The translations under genes were made by a program, and so were the position numbers. Shown here one piece after another: positions 53,664 to 63,734 of a stretch of DNA of 64,000 bases. Position 1 is the first letter of the stretch. Every line of letters begins with the position of its first letter. The stretch is from Cyanobacteriota bacterium (GTDB taxonomy: Bacteria > Cyanobacteriota > Cyanobacteriia > PCC-6307 > Cyanobiaceae): NCBI GenBank assembly GCA_046052125.1, contig JBJOMY010000001.1:1-64000 (forward strand), given 5' to 3'. The notes beneath the pieces were generated by a model. The model was not told the DNA's origin. It worked only from the letters and a program-made list of their open reading frames with translations, and made no database searches.

Positions 53664-54170
53664 TCAGCCGCACTCCAGTGTGTCGCGGGTGTTGCGACCG
53701 GTGCTGGGGTTGGTGCCACTGGCACTGGCGCAGAGGGCTTTCAGCACATCGCCGCGGAAGGGCACGTTGGTGAAATCAGCCCCTTCGATCTGCACGTTGC
53801 TGAACTTGGTGTTGAAGGCGAAGGCGTTTTCCAGCACCGCATTGCGTAGGTCGGTGCCATCCAGCACGGCCGAATCCAGGGTGGCGTCGGTGAGATCGGT
53901 GCCGGAGAGGTCGGCATCCTGCAACTTGGCGCCGAACAGGCTGGCTCCGCGCAGATCGGCGCCGTGGAAGTCGGCATCGCGCAGGTTGGTGAGATTGAAG
54001 GTCACCCCGCGCAGGTCCGCGCCGGCAAAGTCGTGACCGATCAGCACCTGTTTGGCGTAGTCCATGGCGGCGTGGGCTGCGGGCGGCATCAGCAGCAGCG
54101 CCAGGGGCAGCAGCGCCGCCAGCACGGGCATCAACAGGCGTGAGGCCATCGGTTGCAGCAGGCGGCGCAT
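53664..54170 (-). CDS. Pentapeptide repeat protein (lumenal/exported); start uncertain
   Basis: Signal peptide ending AHA; A(D/N)Lxx repeats; terminal Cys pair. Confidence 0.9.
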   Translation of the reverse strand: MRRLLQPMASRLLMPVLAALLPLALLLMPPAAHAAMDYAKQVLIGHDFAGADLRGVTFNLTNLRDADFHGADLRGASLFGAKLQDADLSGTDLTDATLDSAVLDGTDLRNAVLENAFAFNTKFSNVQIEGADFTNVPFRGDVLKALCASASGTNPSTGRNTRDTLECG

Positions 54171-54311
54171 CGGAACGGAGGCGTGTCGGGCAACCCTAAG
54201 CAGGCTGTCGCGATCACCACCAACGCCGCAGAAGCGTTCCCCTAATCTCCGCCTCAATGCATCCCTGGATGCAGCTCCTTTGGTCACCGGATCGAACAGC
54301 GAGCGTTCGCG

Positions 54312-54542
54312 ATGGGCAATCCGATTGACAAAGACACCTTTCTGGCTCGAGCCCGGGCCCGTTTCGGCGATCGTTACGACTACGCCGAGATCGTTTACCG
54401 GAGTTTCAAATCGCCGATCAAGATCCGCTGCCGTGAGCATCCGGTGCGTCTGATCTCCATCACGCCGGAGCGGCATCTGGTGACCACCGGCGGCTGCAAA
54501 TACTGTCTGCGCGTGCTGCGGGGTCAGTTGCCAGGCGAGTGA
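54312..54542 (+). CDS. Stand-alone DUF723-like Zn-binding domain protein
   Basis: F..RA..RFGDRYDY..I.Y......I.I.C..H......P..HL...GC..C. Confidence 0.7.
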   Translation: MGNPIDKDTFLARARARFGDRYDYAEIVYRSFKSPIKIRCREHPVRLISITPERHLVTTGGCKYCLRVLRGQLPGE

Positions 54543-54588
54543 GCGCACGGCGGGGGAATGCTCAGAGCCGGAGCTCGGCCCTGCGGCG

Positions 54589-54954
54589 ATGGCGATCAGC
54601 GCAACCCAGCGCAGCGGCAACTGGGCGGAACAACGGGCCTTGCGGCTGTTGCAGCAGAGCGGCTGGCGGCTCCTGGCTCGGCAGTGGCGTTGCCGCTGGG
54701 GTGAGCTGGATCTGCTGCTGCACAAGCCGCAGCGGCTGTTGCTGGTGGAGGTGAAAAGCCGGCGCCGCTGCGGCCCGGATGGCTGGGGTGCGGCCAGCTT
54801 TGATGCCGCCAAGCGGGCGCGGCTGGAAGCGGCTTACGACTGCTGGCTGGCGGCCCATCCCCGCTATCAGCGCTGCAGCCTGGAGCTGGTGCTGGCCCTG
54901 GTGCCTCAACCGCCGGCTACGGCGCCGGTGCGCTGGATCCGTTGGTGGGGGTAG
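54589..54954 (+). CDS. yraN: YraN family (UPF0102) PD-(D/E)XK nuclease-like protein
   Basis: GNWAE, GELDL, VEVKSR. Confidence 0.88.
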   Translation: MAISATQRSGNWAEQRALRLLQQSGWRLLARQWRCRWGELDLLLHKPQRLLLVEVKSRRRCGPDGWGAASFDAAKRARLEAAYDCWLAAHPRYQRCSLELVLALVPQPPATAPVRWIRWWG

Positions 54955-55228
54955 GGCTGCTGGGTGTTGGGCTGCTCGGTGTCGTCGTGTATTCCAGCGT
55001 GCAGATGTAGCGGTAGTTGCCGGTGCGCACATTCACCACCGTGCAGCGGGTGTTGGTCACCGTGGCGTTGGCGGGGAGTTGCTGTTGCGCCCGTTGGATG
55101 GCGTTGCTCTTCTCCCAGATTGATTCCGCTGTAATCGATCCGGCCAGGGCTGCGGGGCTGAGGGCGAGGCTCAGGGCAGCAGCAAGGGGAATCGCAGCAA
55201 GCCCGTGGGGCTGGGTTGGCAGCGGCAT
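54917..55228 (-). CDS. Small secreted hypothetical protein
   Basis: Signal peptide ending ALA; two Cys; TPSSP repeat tail. Confidence 0.65.
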   Translation of the reverse strand: MPLPTQPHGLAAIPLAAALSLALSPAALAGSITAESIWEKSNAIQRAQQQLPANATVTNTRCTVVNVRTGNYRYICTLEYTTTPSSPTPSSPTPTNGSSAPAP

Positions 55229-55315
55229 GGCGGTGTGGGCATCTGCCTCCGGTTTAGGAATGGTTTCCGCCGCCGGCCAGGGAGCAATCTGGAAACAGGC
55301 CTGTCGCTCGCATCG

Positions 55316-56128
55316 ATGACCTTCGCGGCCCACCGCACCCGCAAACGCTTCGGTCAGCACTGGCTCAAGGATGAGCGCGTGCTCGATCAGATCCTGGCAG
55401 CGGCGGAACTCAGCGGCGACGACACCGTGTTGGAGGTGGGTCCGGGCCGTGGAGCGCTCACCGAGCGTTTGCTGGCGTCGCCGGCTGCAGCCGTGCGGGC
55501 GGTTGAGCTGGATCGCGATCTGGTGGAAGGGCTGCGGGAGCGCTTCGCGGCGGATCCCCGCTTTGAACTCACCGAAGGGGATGTGCTGGCGGTGCCGCTG
55601 CCGGAGGCAGGCATCGTGGTGGCCAACATTCCGTACAACATCACCGGCCCATTGTTGGAGCGCCTGGTGGGCCGCCTGGATCGGCCGGTGGCCACCCCTT
55701 ATCGGCGACTGGTGCTGCTCATGCAGCAGGAGGTGGGCGAACGGATCCGCGCCCGTGCGGGCAGCAGTGCCTACTCAGCCCTGAGCGTGCGCATGCAGCT
55801 GCTCGCCCGCTGCCGCTCCGTGTGCCTGGTGCCGCCCCGCTGCTTCCAGCCGCCACCGAAAGTGATGAGTGAGGTGGTGGCGATCGATCCGCTGCCCCCC
55901 GAGCAACAGCTCGAGCCGGCCCTGGCCCGCACGGTGGAGAGCCTGCTGCGCCGCTGTTTCGCCGCCCGCCGCAAGATGCTGCGCAACACCCTGGCGGGGC
56001 TGCAGCCGCCGGAGCTGCTCGCCACGCTCACCGCCGAGGCCGGGATCGCCCTGGAGCAGCGGCCCCAGGAGGTGGCGCCGGCGGCCTGGGTGGCGCTGGC
56101 GACGGGTTTGAATCGGCTCACCGCCTAA
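55316..56128 (+). CDS. rsmA: 16S rRNA dimethyladenosine transferase
   Basis: RKRFGQHWL, EVGPGRG, ANIPYNIT, F.PPPKV. Confidence 0.96.
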   Translation: MTFAAHRTRKRFGQHWLKDERVLDQILAAAELSGDDTVLEVGPGRGALTERLLASPAAAVRAVELDRDLVEGLRERFAADPRFELTEGDVLAVPLPEAGIVVANIPYNITGPLLERLVGRLDRPVATPYRRLVLLMQQEVGERIRARAGSSAYSALSVRMQLLARCRSVCLVPPRCFQPPPKVMSEVVAIDPLPPEQQLEPALARTVESLLRRCFAARRKMLRNTLAGLQPPELLATLTAEAGIALEQRPQEVAPAAWVALATGLNRLTA

Positions 56129-56137
56129 ACCCCTCGC

Positions 56138-57070
56138 ATGGCTGAGCTGCTGGTCAGCGCCCCCGCCAAGATCAACCTGCACCTGGAGGTGCTGGGGCTG
56201 CGGCTCGACGGCTTCCATGAGCTGGCGATGGTGATGCAGACCCTCGATCTCGCCGATCAGCTGCGGATCCGGCCCACGGCGGATGGTCGGATTGCCCTGC
56301 ACTGCAACCGCAGTGATCTGCCCACCGATGGCAGCAACCTGATCGTGAAGGCGGCTGAGCTGTTGAAGGCGCGGCTGGGGTTGCCGGAGCTGGGCGCATC
56401 GATTGAGCTGGATAAGCGCATCCCCATCGGTGCGGGCCTGGCGGGTGGATCCAGCAACGGTGCGGCGGCGCTGGTGGGCCTGAATGCCCTCTGGGGCGCG
56501 GGGTTCAGCCGCGACCAGCTGCTGGCGATGGCGGCTGAGCTGGGATCGGACATGCCCTTCTGCATCGATGGCGGCACGCAGCTCTGTTTTGGTCGTGGTG
56601 AAGTGCTGGAGCCAGCTGGGCTGGATTCACCGCCGGGCTTGAGCGTGCTGCTGATCAAACACCCTGAGGCCAGCGTGTCCACGCCGTGGGCCTATGGCCG
56701 CTGCCGTGACCTGCGCAGCGACTTTTATCTGAGTGCAGAAGCAGAGTTCGAGCAACGCCGCCAAGCCTTGCGCCAGGGATCGCTGTTGGCGGCTCTGCGC
56801 GGTGAGGTGCCCCTGCCGCAGCTGCGCAACGACCTGCAGGCGGTGGTGGAGCCGGAGGTGGCCAGCGTGCGTGAGGGCTTGGCGCTGTTGCGGCAGGCCG
56901 GCGATGCCCTGGTGGTGGCGATGAGCGGATCGGGCCCCAGCCTGTTTGCCCTGTTTGCCGATGTCTCGGCAGCGGATCGGGCCCGGCAGCAGCTGGCGCC
57001 GGCGCTGGAGCAGGCCGGTTTTGAGGCCTGGGTCTGCCGTTGCACAGGCTCCGGTGCCACCCTGGGCTGA
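56138..57070 (+). CDS. ispE: CDP-ME kinase
   Basis: [31 protein letters not shown]. Confidence 0.96.
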   Translation: MAELLVSAPAKINLHLEVLGLRLDGFHELAMVMQTLDLADQLRIRPTADGRIALHCNRSDLPTDGSNLIVKAAELLKARLGLPELGASIELDKRIPIGAGLAGGSSNGAAALVGLNALWGAGFSRDQLLAMAAELGSDMPFCIDGGTQLCFGRGEVLEPAGLDSPPGLSVLLIKHPEASVSTPWAYGRCRDLRSDFYLSAEAEFEQRRQALRQGSLLAALRGEVPLPQLRNDLQAVVEPEVASVREGLALLRQAGDALVVAMSGSGPSLFALFADVSAADRARQQLAPALEQAGFEAWVCRCTGSGATLG

Positions 57071-57089
57071 CGCCGAGTTGAGCCGATCC

Positions 57090-57452
57090 GTGAGCGAGCA
57101 GTCCGCCACCGAAAGCAGCAACAGCGAGATCAGCACGGAAGGCAGCAGCCCCAAAGACGGCAGCAGTCGGCGCCGCAAAGGGCCCCTCAGCTTTCTGAGC
57201 GGTTCGCTCACCAGCTTCGGGTTCGGCTGGCTGGCCCTGCAGTTAGCCCAGCGGGTGGTGGGGTACTACGCCGAGCATCCGCCCCACTACGACGCACGCT
57301 TCGCTCAGAGCATTGCGGTGTTCATGAAAACCCTGATCGTGGGCATGAGCTTTCTGGCCACTTTCACCTTTGCGTTCGTGGGGCTTGGCCTGTTTCTCAC
57401 GTTTATCCGCAGCTTGCTACCGGGTTGGAGCGAAGCCGAACAAACTCCCTAG
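57090..57452 (+). CDS. DUF3082 family membrane protein
   Basis: RKGPLSFLSG, TLIVGMSFLATFTF. Confidence 0.8.
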   Translation: MSEQSATESSNSEISTEGSSPKDGSSRRRKGPLSFLSGSLTSFGFGWLALQLAQRVVGYYAEHPPHYDARFAQSIAVFMKTLIVGMSFLATFTFAFVGLGLFLTFIRSLLPGWSEAEQTP

Positions 57453-57478
57453 CCTTCGGAGGCGCCATCTCGCCGTTG

Positions 57479-57574
57479 ATGACAGCCCACGACCTGCAGC
57501 TGCTGGTTCTGCTGCTTTCCCCGGGCATGCTCCTCTCGGTGCTGCTGCTGGTGACCTTTGCTGCGGGCGGCTGA
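57479..57574 (+). CDS. 31-aa single-TM microprotein (not in the ORF track)
   Basis: MTAHDLQLLVLLLSPGMLLSVLLLVTFAAGG; CTG-rich host-like codon use; fills the gap before pdhB. Confidence 0.6.
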   Translation: MTAHDLQLLVLLLSPGMLLSVLLLVTFAAGG

Positions 57575-57621
57575 GATAAGTTGGCGCAGCGACCGGCCAG
57601 AGCCGGACTGAGTGCTCCGCT

Positions 57622-58605
57622 GTGGCAGAGACCCTGTTGTTCAACGCCCTGCGCGAAGCCATCGACGAGGAGATGGCCCGCGATCCCCACGTGTGCGTGA
57701 TGGGGGAGGACGTGGGTCAGTACGGCGGTTCCTACAAGGTCACCAAAGACCTCTACGACAAATACGGCGAACTGCGGGTGCTGGACACCCCGATCGCTGA
57801 GAACGCCTTCACCGGCATGGCCGTGGGCGCCGCGATGACGGGCCTGCGGCCGATCGTGGAAGGCATGAACATGGGCTTCCTGCTGCTGGCGTTCAACCAG
57901 ATCTCCAACAACATGGGGATGCTGCGCTACACCAGCGGCGGCAACTTCACGATCCCAGCTGTGGTGCGTGGTCCTGGTGGTGTGGGCCGCCAGCTCGGGG
58001 CGGAGCACAGCCAGCGCCTGGAGGCCTACTTCCACGCGGTGCCCGGCATCAAGATCGTGGCGGTGAGCACCCCCACCAATGCCAAGGGCCTGATGAAGGC
58101 CGCGATCCGCGACAACAACCCGGTGCTCTTCTTTGAGCACGTGCTGCTCTACAACCTCAGCGAGGAGATCCCGCAGGGCGATTACATCTGCGCGCTCGAC
58201 CAGGCCGATCTGGTGAAGGAGGGCAGCGACGTGACGATCCTCACCTACTCGCGCATGCGCCACCACTGCCTCAAGGCGGTGGAGCAGCTCGAGAAAGATG
58301 GCGTGAGCGTGGAGCTGATCGACCTGATCAGCCTCAAGCCCTTCGATATGGAGACCATCTCCCGCTCGATCCGCAAGACCCACAAGGTGCTGATCGTGGA
58401 GGAGTGCATGAAGACCGGTGGCATCGGCGCTGAGCTGATGGCCTTGATCACCGAGCAGTGCTTCGATGATCTCGATTGCCGGCCGGTGCGTCTGTCCTCT
58501 CAGGACATCCCTACCCCGTACAACGGCACCCTCGAGAACCTCACGATCATTCAGCCTCACCAGATCGTGGAAGCAGCGAAGGCGCTGAAGAGCGGCCAGG
58601 TCTGA
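57622..58605 (+). CDS. pdhB: Pyruvate dehydrogenase E1 beta
   Basis: [26 protein letters not shown]. Confidence 0.97.
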   Translation: MAETLLFNALREAIDEEMARDPHVCVMGEDVGQYGGSYKVTKDLYDKYGELRVLDTPIAENAFTGMAVGAAMTGLRPIVEGMNMGFLLLAFNQISNNMGMLRYTSGGNFTIPAVVRGPGGVGRQLGAEHSQRLEAYFHAVPGIKIVAVSTPTNAKGLMKAAIRDNNPVLFFEHVLLYNLSEEIPQGDYICALDQADLVKEGSDVTILTYSRMRHHCLKAVEQLEKDGVSVELIDLISLKPFDMETISRSIRKTHKVLIVEECMKTGGIGAELMALITEQCFDDLDCRPVRLSSQDIPTPYNGTLENLTIIQPHQIVEAAKALKSGQV

Positions 58606-58635
58606 TCCCCATTCCTTAACCCCCTCGCAACACCG

Positions 58636-60117
58636 ATGGCGCGTCAACAGGGGTGGTTTGCCCTGATCCTGGCTCTGGCGATCGCGGCTGGAGCCGTGTT
58701 GGCGAGCTTCCCCTTGCAGCTCGGTCTTGATCTCAAGGGCGGCAGCCAGCTCACCCTGCAGGTGCTGCCCGCCGGAGCGGTGAAGCAGGTGAAAAGCGAG
58801 CAGCTGGAAGCGGTGAAGGACGTGCTCGATCGCCGCATCAATGGTTTGGGCGTGGCTGAATCCACCCTCCAGACCGTGGGCGACGATCAACTGGTGCTGC
58901 AGCTGCCGGGCGAGCAGGACCCCAGCCGTGCCGCCAAGGTGCTCGGCACCACGGCTCTGCTCGAATTCCGCGCCCAGAAGCCGGGCACGGAGCAGGAGAT
59001 GACGGGTCTGCTCAAGCTCAAGCGCCAGGCCCAGGCTGTGCTGAACCAGAGCCGTCACAAGCAAGCCGAAGGCCAGCTCCAACCAGAGATCAAATCGGAA
59101 GAACTGGCCAAGGCGCTCGATCAGCTCGGCATCCAGGTGCCGGCGGGCAGCAGCGAAACTGAGCAGCTCGAGCAGCTGCTGGCGGAAGTGAACCGCCGCA
59201 TCGTTGAGCTGTATGAGCCCGCCCAGCTCACCGGTAAAGACCTCACCAGTGCAGGCCGTCAGCAGCAGCAAACCGGCAGCGGCTGGGATGTGACCCTGGC
59301 CTTCAACACCGAAGGCGGTCGCAAATTCGCCGAGCTCACCCAAGGCATCGCCGGCAGCGGCCGCCTGCTCGGGATCGTGCTGGATGGCCGCTCGATCAGC
59401 GAAGCCAGTGTGGGCCCCGAGTTCAAGCCGGCTGGGATCACTGGCGGCGCCGCCAGCATCACCGGCAACTTCACCGCCGAAGAAGCCCGCGATCTGGAGG
59501 TGCAGCTGCGCGGCGGTTCGCTGCCGTTGCCGGTGAAGCTGATTGAAGTCCGCACCGTGGGTCCCTCCCTTGGCGCTGAGAACATCCGCTCCAGCCTGAT
59601 CGCCGCCCTGTCAGGCCTGGCCCTGGTGGCGGTGTTCATGGTGGTGGTGTATCGCCTGCCCGGCTTTGTTTCGGTGTTGGCCCTCAGCCTGTATGCGCTG
59701 TTCAACCTGGCGATCTACGCGCTGATTCCAGTCACGCTCACCCTGCCGGGCATCGCTGGTTTCATCCTGTCGGTGGGTATGGCCGTGGATGCCAATGTGC
59801 TGATCTTTGAACGGGTGAAGGAGGAGCTGCGCAGCGGCAACACCTTGATTCGTTCGCTGGATACGGGCTTTTCACTGGCCCTTTCATCCATCGTCGATGG
59901 CCACGTCACTGGTCTGATCAGTTGTGCCGCCCTGTTTGCCCTCGGCACGGGCCTGGTGAAGGGCTTTGCCGTCACCCTGGCGATCGGCCTGGTGCTCAGC
60001 CTCTTTACGGCGCTCACCTGCACCCGCACGATCCTGCGCCTGGCAACCAGTTATCCCGGCCTGCGGCGCACCGCTTACTTCCTGCCTGCTGATCAGCTCC
60101 CCACCAGCGCCGCCTGA
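58636..60117 (+). CDS. secD: Protein translocase subunit SecD
   Basis: LGLDLKGG, RINGLGVAE, GMAVDANVLIFERVKEE. Confidence 0.97.
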   Translation: MARQQGWFALILALAIAAGAVLASFPLQLGLDLKGGSQLTLQVLPAGAVKQVKSEQLEAVKDVLDRRINGLGVAESTLQTVGDDQLVLQLPGEQDPSRAAKVLGTTALLEFRAQKPGTEQEMTGLLKLKRQAQAVLNQSRHKQAEGQLQPEIKSEELAKALDQLGIQVPAGSSETEQLEQLLAEVNRRIVELYEPAQLTGKDLTSAGRQQQQTGSGWDVTLAFNTEGGRKFAELTQGIAGSGRLLGIVLDGRSISEASVGPEFKPAGITGGAASITGNFTAEEARDLEVQLRGGSLPLPVKLIEVRTVGPSLGAENIRSSLIAALSGLALVAVFMVVVYRLPGFVSVLALSLYALFNLAIYALIPVTLTLPGIAGFILSVGMAVDANVLIFERVKEELRSGNTLIRSLDTGFSLALSSIVDGHVTGLISCAALFALGTGLVKGFAVTLAIGLVLSLFTALTCTRTILRLATSYPGLRRTAYFLPADQLPTSAA

Positions 60118-61079
60118 TGTCCACCACAACCCTTCCATCCCCTCGCTTTCGCATCAGCCGCTATCGCCGCCTCGCCTGGTGGGGATCCGGCTTGGCCTGT
60201 GTGCTGAGCGTTGTGGGCCTGCTGCTGTGCTGGCTGAATCCCAGCATCGGTGCGCCGCTGCGCCCAGGCCTGGATTTCACCGGTGGCACCCAGATCCAGC
60301 TGGAGCGGCAGTGCGGCGAGAGCTGCTCCAGCCTCACCTCCGCTGAGATTTCCGCCACGCTCGCCAAGCTCAGCCTGCCGGAGGCCGAGGGACAGGCCCC
60401 GCCCAACCTCAGTGCTGCCGGTGTGCAGGTGCTGGATCAGGGCCGGTCGCTGATGTTGCGCCTGCCCGATCTCAATCCGGATCAGGCCAGTGCTGTTGTT
60501 GCGGCTGTGCAGCAACAGGTGGGTGCGCTCAATCCGGCGGCCACCTCGGTGAACACGATCGGCCCAACCCTCGGGGATCAGTTGCTCAAGGGCAGCTTGA
60601 TCTCGCTGCTGGTGAGCTTCGCGGCCATCGCCGTTTACATCAGCTTTCGCTACGACCGGCTGTTCGCGGCCCTGGCGCTGCTTTGCCTGGCGCACGACGT
60701 GCTGATCACCTGCGGCGTGTTCGCCTGGCTCGGGATCCTCGCCGGGATTGAGGTGGATTCGTTGTTTGCGGTGTCGTTGATCACCGTGGCGGGCTACTCC
60801 GTGACCGACACGGTGGTGGTGTTTGACCGGATCCGAGAGCAGAAGACCGCTTTGCGCGACTTGCCCCTGAGCGAGCAGGTGGATGTGGCCGTTGATGCAA
60901 CACTCACGCGCTCCCTCTACACCTCCCTCACCACGCTCTTGCCTTTGGTGGCGTTGATCTTCTTTGGCGGCAGCACGTTGTTCTGGTTCGCTGTGGCCCT
61001 CACCGTGGGCATCGCTGTGGGCAGCTGGTCGAGCATCGGTATTGCTCCCACCCTGTTGCCAGTGCTGGCTCGGCGATGA
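60117..61079 (+). CDS. secF: Protein translocase subunit SecF
   Basis: GLDFTGGT, HDV, GYSVTDTVVVFDRIRE. Confidence 0.97.
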   Translation: MSTTTLPSPRFRISRYRRLAWWGSGLACVLSVVGLLLCWLNPSIGAPLRPGLDFTGGTQIQLERQCGESCSSLTSAEISATLAKLSLPEAEGQAPPNLSAAGVQVLDQGRSLMLRLPDLNPDQASAVVAAVQQQVGALNPAATSVNTIGPTLGDQLLKGSLISLLVSFAAIAVYISFRYDRLFAALALLCLAHDVLITCGVFAWLGILAGIEVDSLFAVSLITVAGYSVTDTVVVFDRIREQKTALRDLPLSEQVDVAVDATLTRSLYTSLTTLLPLVALIFFGGSTLFWFAVALTVGIAVGSWSSIGIAPTLLPVLARR

Positions 61080-61282
61080 GGATTCCAGGCGGCCGGCGCC
61101 CGTTGCAGCTGCCTCTGGTTCCCATCCTTCTGGCGCTGCTGGCCCTCCTGGATTTGAGGGCCGAGCTGCAGCTGCTGGCTGATCACTTCACCTTCGCCAG
61201 CCTCGTTGAAATCCCTCGCCATCACCCGCTCGCGAGCGCGGTTCTGTTGTTTACGCCTTGGATGCTCCGGCGCACCCGCTGA
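61076..61282 (+). CDS. Small hypothetical membrane protein
   Basis: ATGA overlap with secF; LDLRAELQLLADHFT..HHPLA. Confidence 0.65.
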   Translation: MRIPGGRRPLQLPLVPILLALLALLDLRAELQLLADHFTFASLVEIPRHHPLASAVLLFTPWMLRRTR

Positions 61283-61288
61283 AGCTGA

Positions 61289-62293
61289 TCAGAGCCAGCG
61301 ATCCATGATTTGCTCAACCAGCACCCGCTGGGAGAGCACCTGCAGCACCACCACCAGAGGCAGGGCCAGAAGAACGCCTGGCAGGCCCAGTAAGGCGCCA
61401 AGGCTCAGCTGCGCCATCAAGGCCACCGTGGGCAGCAGGTTCACCGTGCGGCTGAGCAGCAGTGGCGTGAGCAGGAACGCTTCACCGTTTTGCAGCACCA
61501 GCCTGAGGATCAGCACCTGAAGCGCCAGGTTGGGTGACACCAGCAAGGCCACTGCCAGCGGCAGCAGGCTGGCCACGGTGGGCCCAATCGTGGGCACAAA
61601 GGTGAGTAGGCCGCACACGAGGCCGCTCAGCAGGGCCAGGGGCACCTTCAGGGCAGCCAGACCGGCCCAGGTGAGCAGGAACACCGCTGTGGCTGAGATC
61701 GTCATGCCAGCCAGCCAGCCGCCCAGGGCCTGACGGCAATCGCTGAGCAAGGTGCCCGCCAAGGGGCGGTAGTGGGCTGGTGTGGCAGCGAGCACGAGGC
61801 GCTGGTGGCTGCGGGGATCCAGCACCAACAGCAGCGCCAGCAGCACCATCAGCAGCAGCTGGATCGTGCCCGCGGCTGCTCCGCCGGCGAACCCCAGCAG
61901 CTGGCCACCAAGCGGCTGCAGTTTGTCGAAGGTGGCAAAGGCGGCCAGCCTCCCCTCGAGGCTCTCGAGCATGGCCACACCCCCCAGCAGGTCGCTGAGG
62001 CGATTAATCAGAGCGGGGACCAGCAAGGTGAACTGCTGCACCTGCTCCAGCAGTTCAGGCACCAGCAGCTCAGCGAGCTGCCAGCCGCCCACCACCAGCA
62101 GCGCCACCACCACCACCAGTGCCTGAGGCCGATTTAGTGGGAGGAGGCGCCGCAGCCAGCTCACCGGCACATCCAGCGCCACCGCCAGCACCACCGCGCC
62201 GAACAGCACCAAGAGCACCCAGCGCAGCTCCCAGGCCAGCAGGCCGAGCACCACAAGGGCCAGTAGACCGATCAGCCCGCGAATCTGCATCAC
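61289..62293 (-). CDS. AI-2E family transporter
   Basis: Multi-TM; GLLTFVPTIGP, LTPLL, GVLLALPL. Confidence 0.88.
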   Translation of the reverse strand: MMQIRGLIGLLALVVLGLLAWELRWVLLVLFGAVVLAVALDVPVSWLRRLLPLNRPQALVVVVALLVVGGWQLAELLVPELLEQVQQFTLLVPALINRLSDLLGGVAMLESLEGRLAAFATFDKLQPLGGQLLGFAGGAAAGTIQLLLMVLLALLLVLDPRSHQRLVLAATPAHYRPLAGTLLSDCRQALGGWLAGMTISATAVFLLTWAGLAALKVPLALLSGLVCGLLTFVPTIGPTVASLLPLAVALLVSPNLALQVLILRLVLQNGEAFLLTPLLLSRTVNLLPTVALMAQLSLGALLGLPGVLLALPLVVVLQVLSQRVLVEQIMDRWL

Positions 62294-63342
62294 GTGAGCT
62301 GCTGGCGCCGCCAGGGATCGAGCACATCGTGGATCAACACCTCACGGATCACCACCTGAAGGCAAACCGCTAGGGGCAGAGCCAGCAGTAGGCCGAGCGG
62401 ACCAAACAGCACGGTGAACACGAACTGAGCCGTGAGGGTGAGGCCGGGTAGCAACTTCACCTGGTGATGCATCACCGAGGGGGTGATCACGTAGCTCTCG
62501 AGGTGCTGCACCACCACATAGAGCCCCAAGACCGCCAGCGCCTTCCAAGGCGACACCAGCAGCGCCACCGACATCGGAAAGATGGTGCTCAGGGTGGGGC
62601 CGACGTTGGGAATGATGTTGAGCAATCCCGCCAGCAGGGCGTTGGCCACCACCAACTTCACCCCGAGCAGTGAGAGGCCAATGCCCGCCAGCACAGCCAC
62701 GCAGAGGGAGCTGATCAGCACCCCACCCATCCAGCTGCTCAGCGCTTCTCCGCAGCCCAGCAGCACCTCGCGTGCCCGCCGCCGGTAAAACGACGGCACC
62801 AGCAGCACGGCCACTTCGCGATAGGCGGTGGGCTGCACCGCGATCATCAGCGCCACGGCCACCACAAACAGCCCCTGGATCAGGCCGCTGCCCACGTTCC
62901 CCGCGAGCCCCAGCAACCCCTGCAGGCTCTGGCCAACGGCTTCCCCACCGCTGCTGGAGCTACCCCAGTTCTGGCGAAGCCAGTTGAGCGCCTCTTTGCC
63001 GTAAAGCATCTGGCTGCTCTGATCCATGGCTTGCCGCAGCAGCGACAACGCTTTGGTGGCCGCTGCCGGCAGCTGCAGCAACAACTGCTCGAACTGCTGC
63101 ACAAACGGGGGCACCACGGCGGCTAGGGCAACGGCCAGCAGGATCAGCAGCCCGAGCAGGCTCAGCAGCAAGGCCAGGGGACGGTTGCAGCGCAAGCGCT
63201 CGCGCACCACCCCCACCACGGTGCAGAGGGCCATCGCCAACACAATTGCGGCGAAGAGATGGATCACCACATCGCGCAGCGACCACAGCAGCAGCAGGGC
63301 CGCTGCCGTGGCGATCAGCCCCAGCCACTGGCCGAATTTCAC
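62290..63342 (-). CDS. AI-2E family transporter
   Basis: Multi-[29 protein letters not shown]. Confidence 0.9.
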   Translation of the reverse strand: MKFGQWLGLIATAAALLLLWSLRDVVIHLFAAIVLAMALCTVVGVVRERLRCNRPLALLLSLLGLLILLAVALAAVVPPFVQQFEQLLLQLPAAATKALSLLRQAMDQSSQMLYGKEALNWLRQNWGSSSSGGEAVGQSLQGLLGLAGNVGSGLIQGLFVVAVALMIAVQPTAYREVAVLLVPSFYRRRAREVLLGCGEALSSWMGGVLISSLCVAVLAGIGLSLLGVKLVVANALLAGLLNIIPNVGPTLSTIFPMSVALLVSPWKALAVLGLYVVVQHLESYVITPSVMHHQVKLLPGLTLTAQFVFTVLFGPLGLLLALPLAVCLQVVIREVLIHDVLDPWRRQQLT

Positions 63343-63710
63343 GCCTCGTCGTTGCCGGCGTCGCTGTCGTTGTCGTCTTTCTGGGCGAACCCGAGGTCGT
63401 GGCTATCGGCGTAGCGCTGGGCAAAACGCATGAAGCGCTCGAAGTCTTCGGTGGTTTTCCAGGTGTAGGTGGCTTCCAGGGCAGCGGGTTTGCCGTTCAC
63501 AAACTTGGCATTCACCTCGCGGGTGACCAGCTGGCCCTCCTCATCGACCATGTACATGCCGCCGATGTCGCCCATGCTCTCGGGGGCCAGGGCTTCGGGC
63601 TGATCGAACACAAAGATCGCCTGACCTGTGCGCCCATCCCGGGAGCGGGTCATGCGGATATCGGGCACTACCGGCTCGTCGACACCGCGGAAAAACTGAA
63701 TGGCGGCCAT
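63339..63710 (-). CDS. psb28: Photosystem II assembly protein Psb28
   Basis: [37 protein letters not shown]. Confidence 0.95.
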   Translation of the reverse strand: MAAIQFFRGVDEPVVPDIRMTRSRDGRTGQAIFVFDQPEALAPESMGDIGGMYMVDEEGQLVTREVNAKFVNGKPAALEATYTWKTTEDFERFMRFAQRYADSHDLGFAQKDDNDSDAGNDEA

Positions 63711-63734
63711 CGAACGTGCCTGCAAAGCCCAATC

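Noticed and set aside
53860..54040. Repetitive DNA resembling an array
   Set aside because: Explained by pentapeptide-repeat coding; no repeat-spacer structure, so not CRISPR.
54293..54309. CGAAC-N7-GTTCG as a Gram-positive-type LexA box
   Set aside because: The spacer is 7 rather than 4 and the motif does not match the cyanobacterial LexA consensus.
61289..63342. Tandem AI-2E transporters as a quorum-sensing system
   Set aside because: The family name does not imply AI-2 transport, no luxS or lsr genes are present, and the tandem pair next to psb28 appears to be a usual arrangement.
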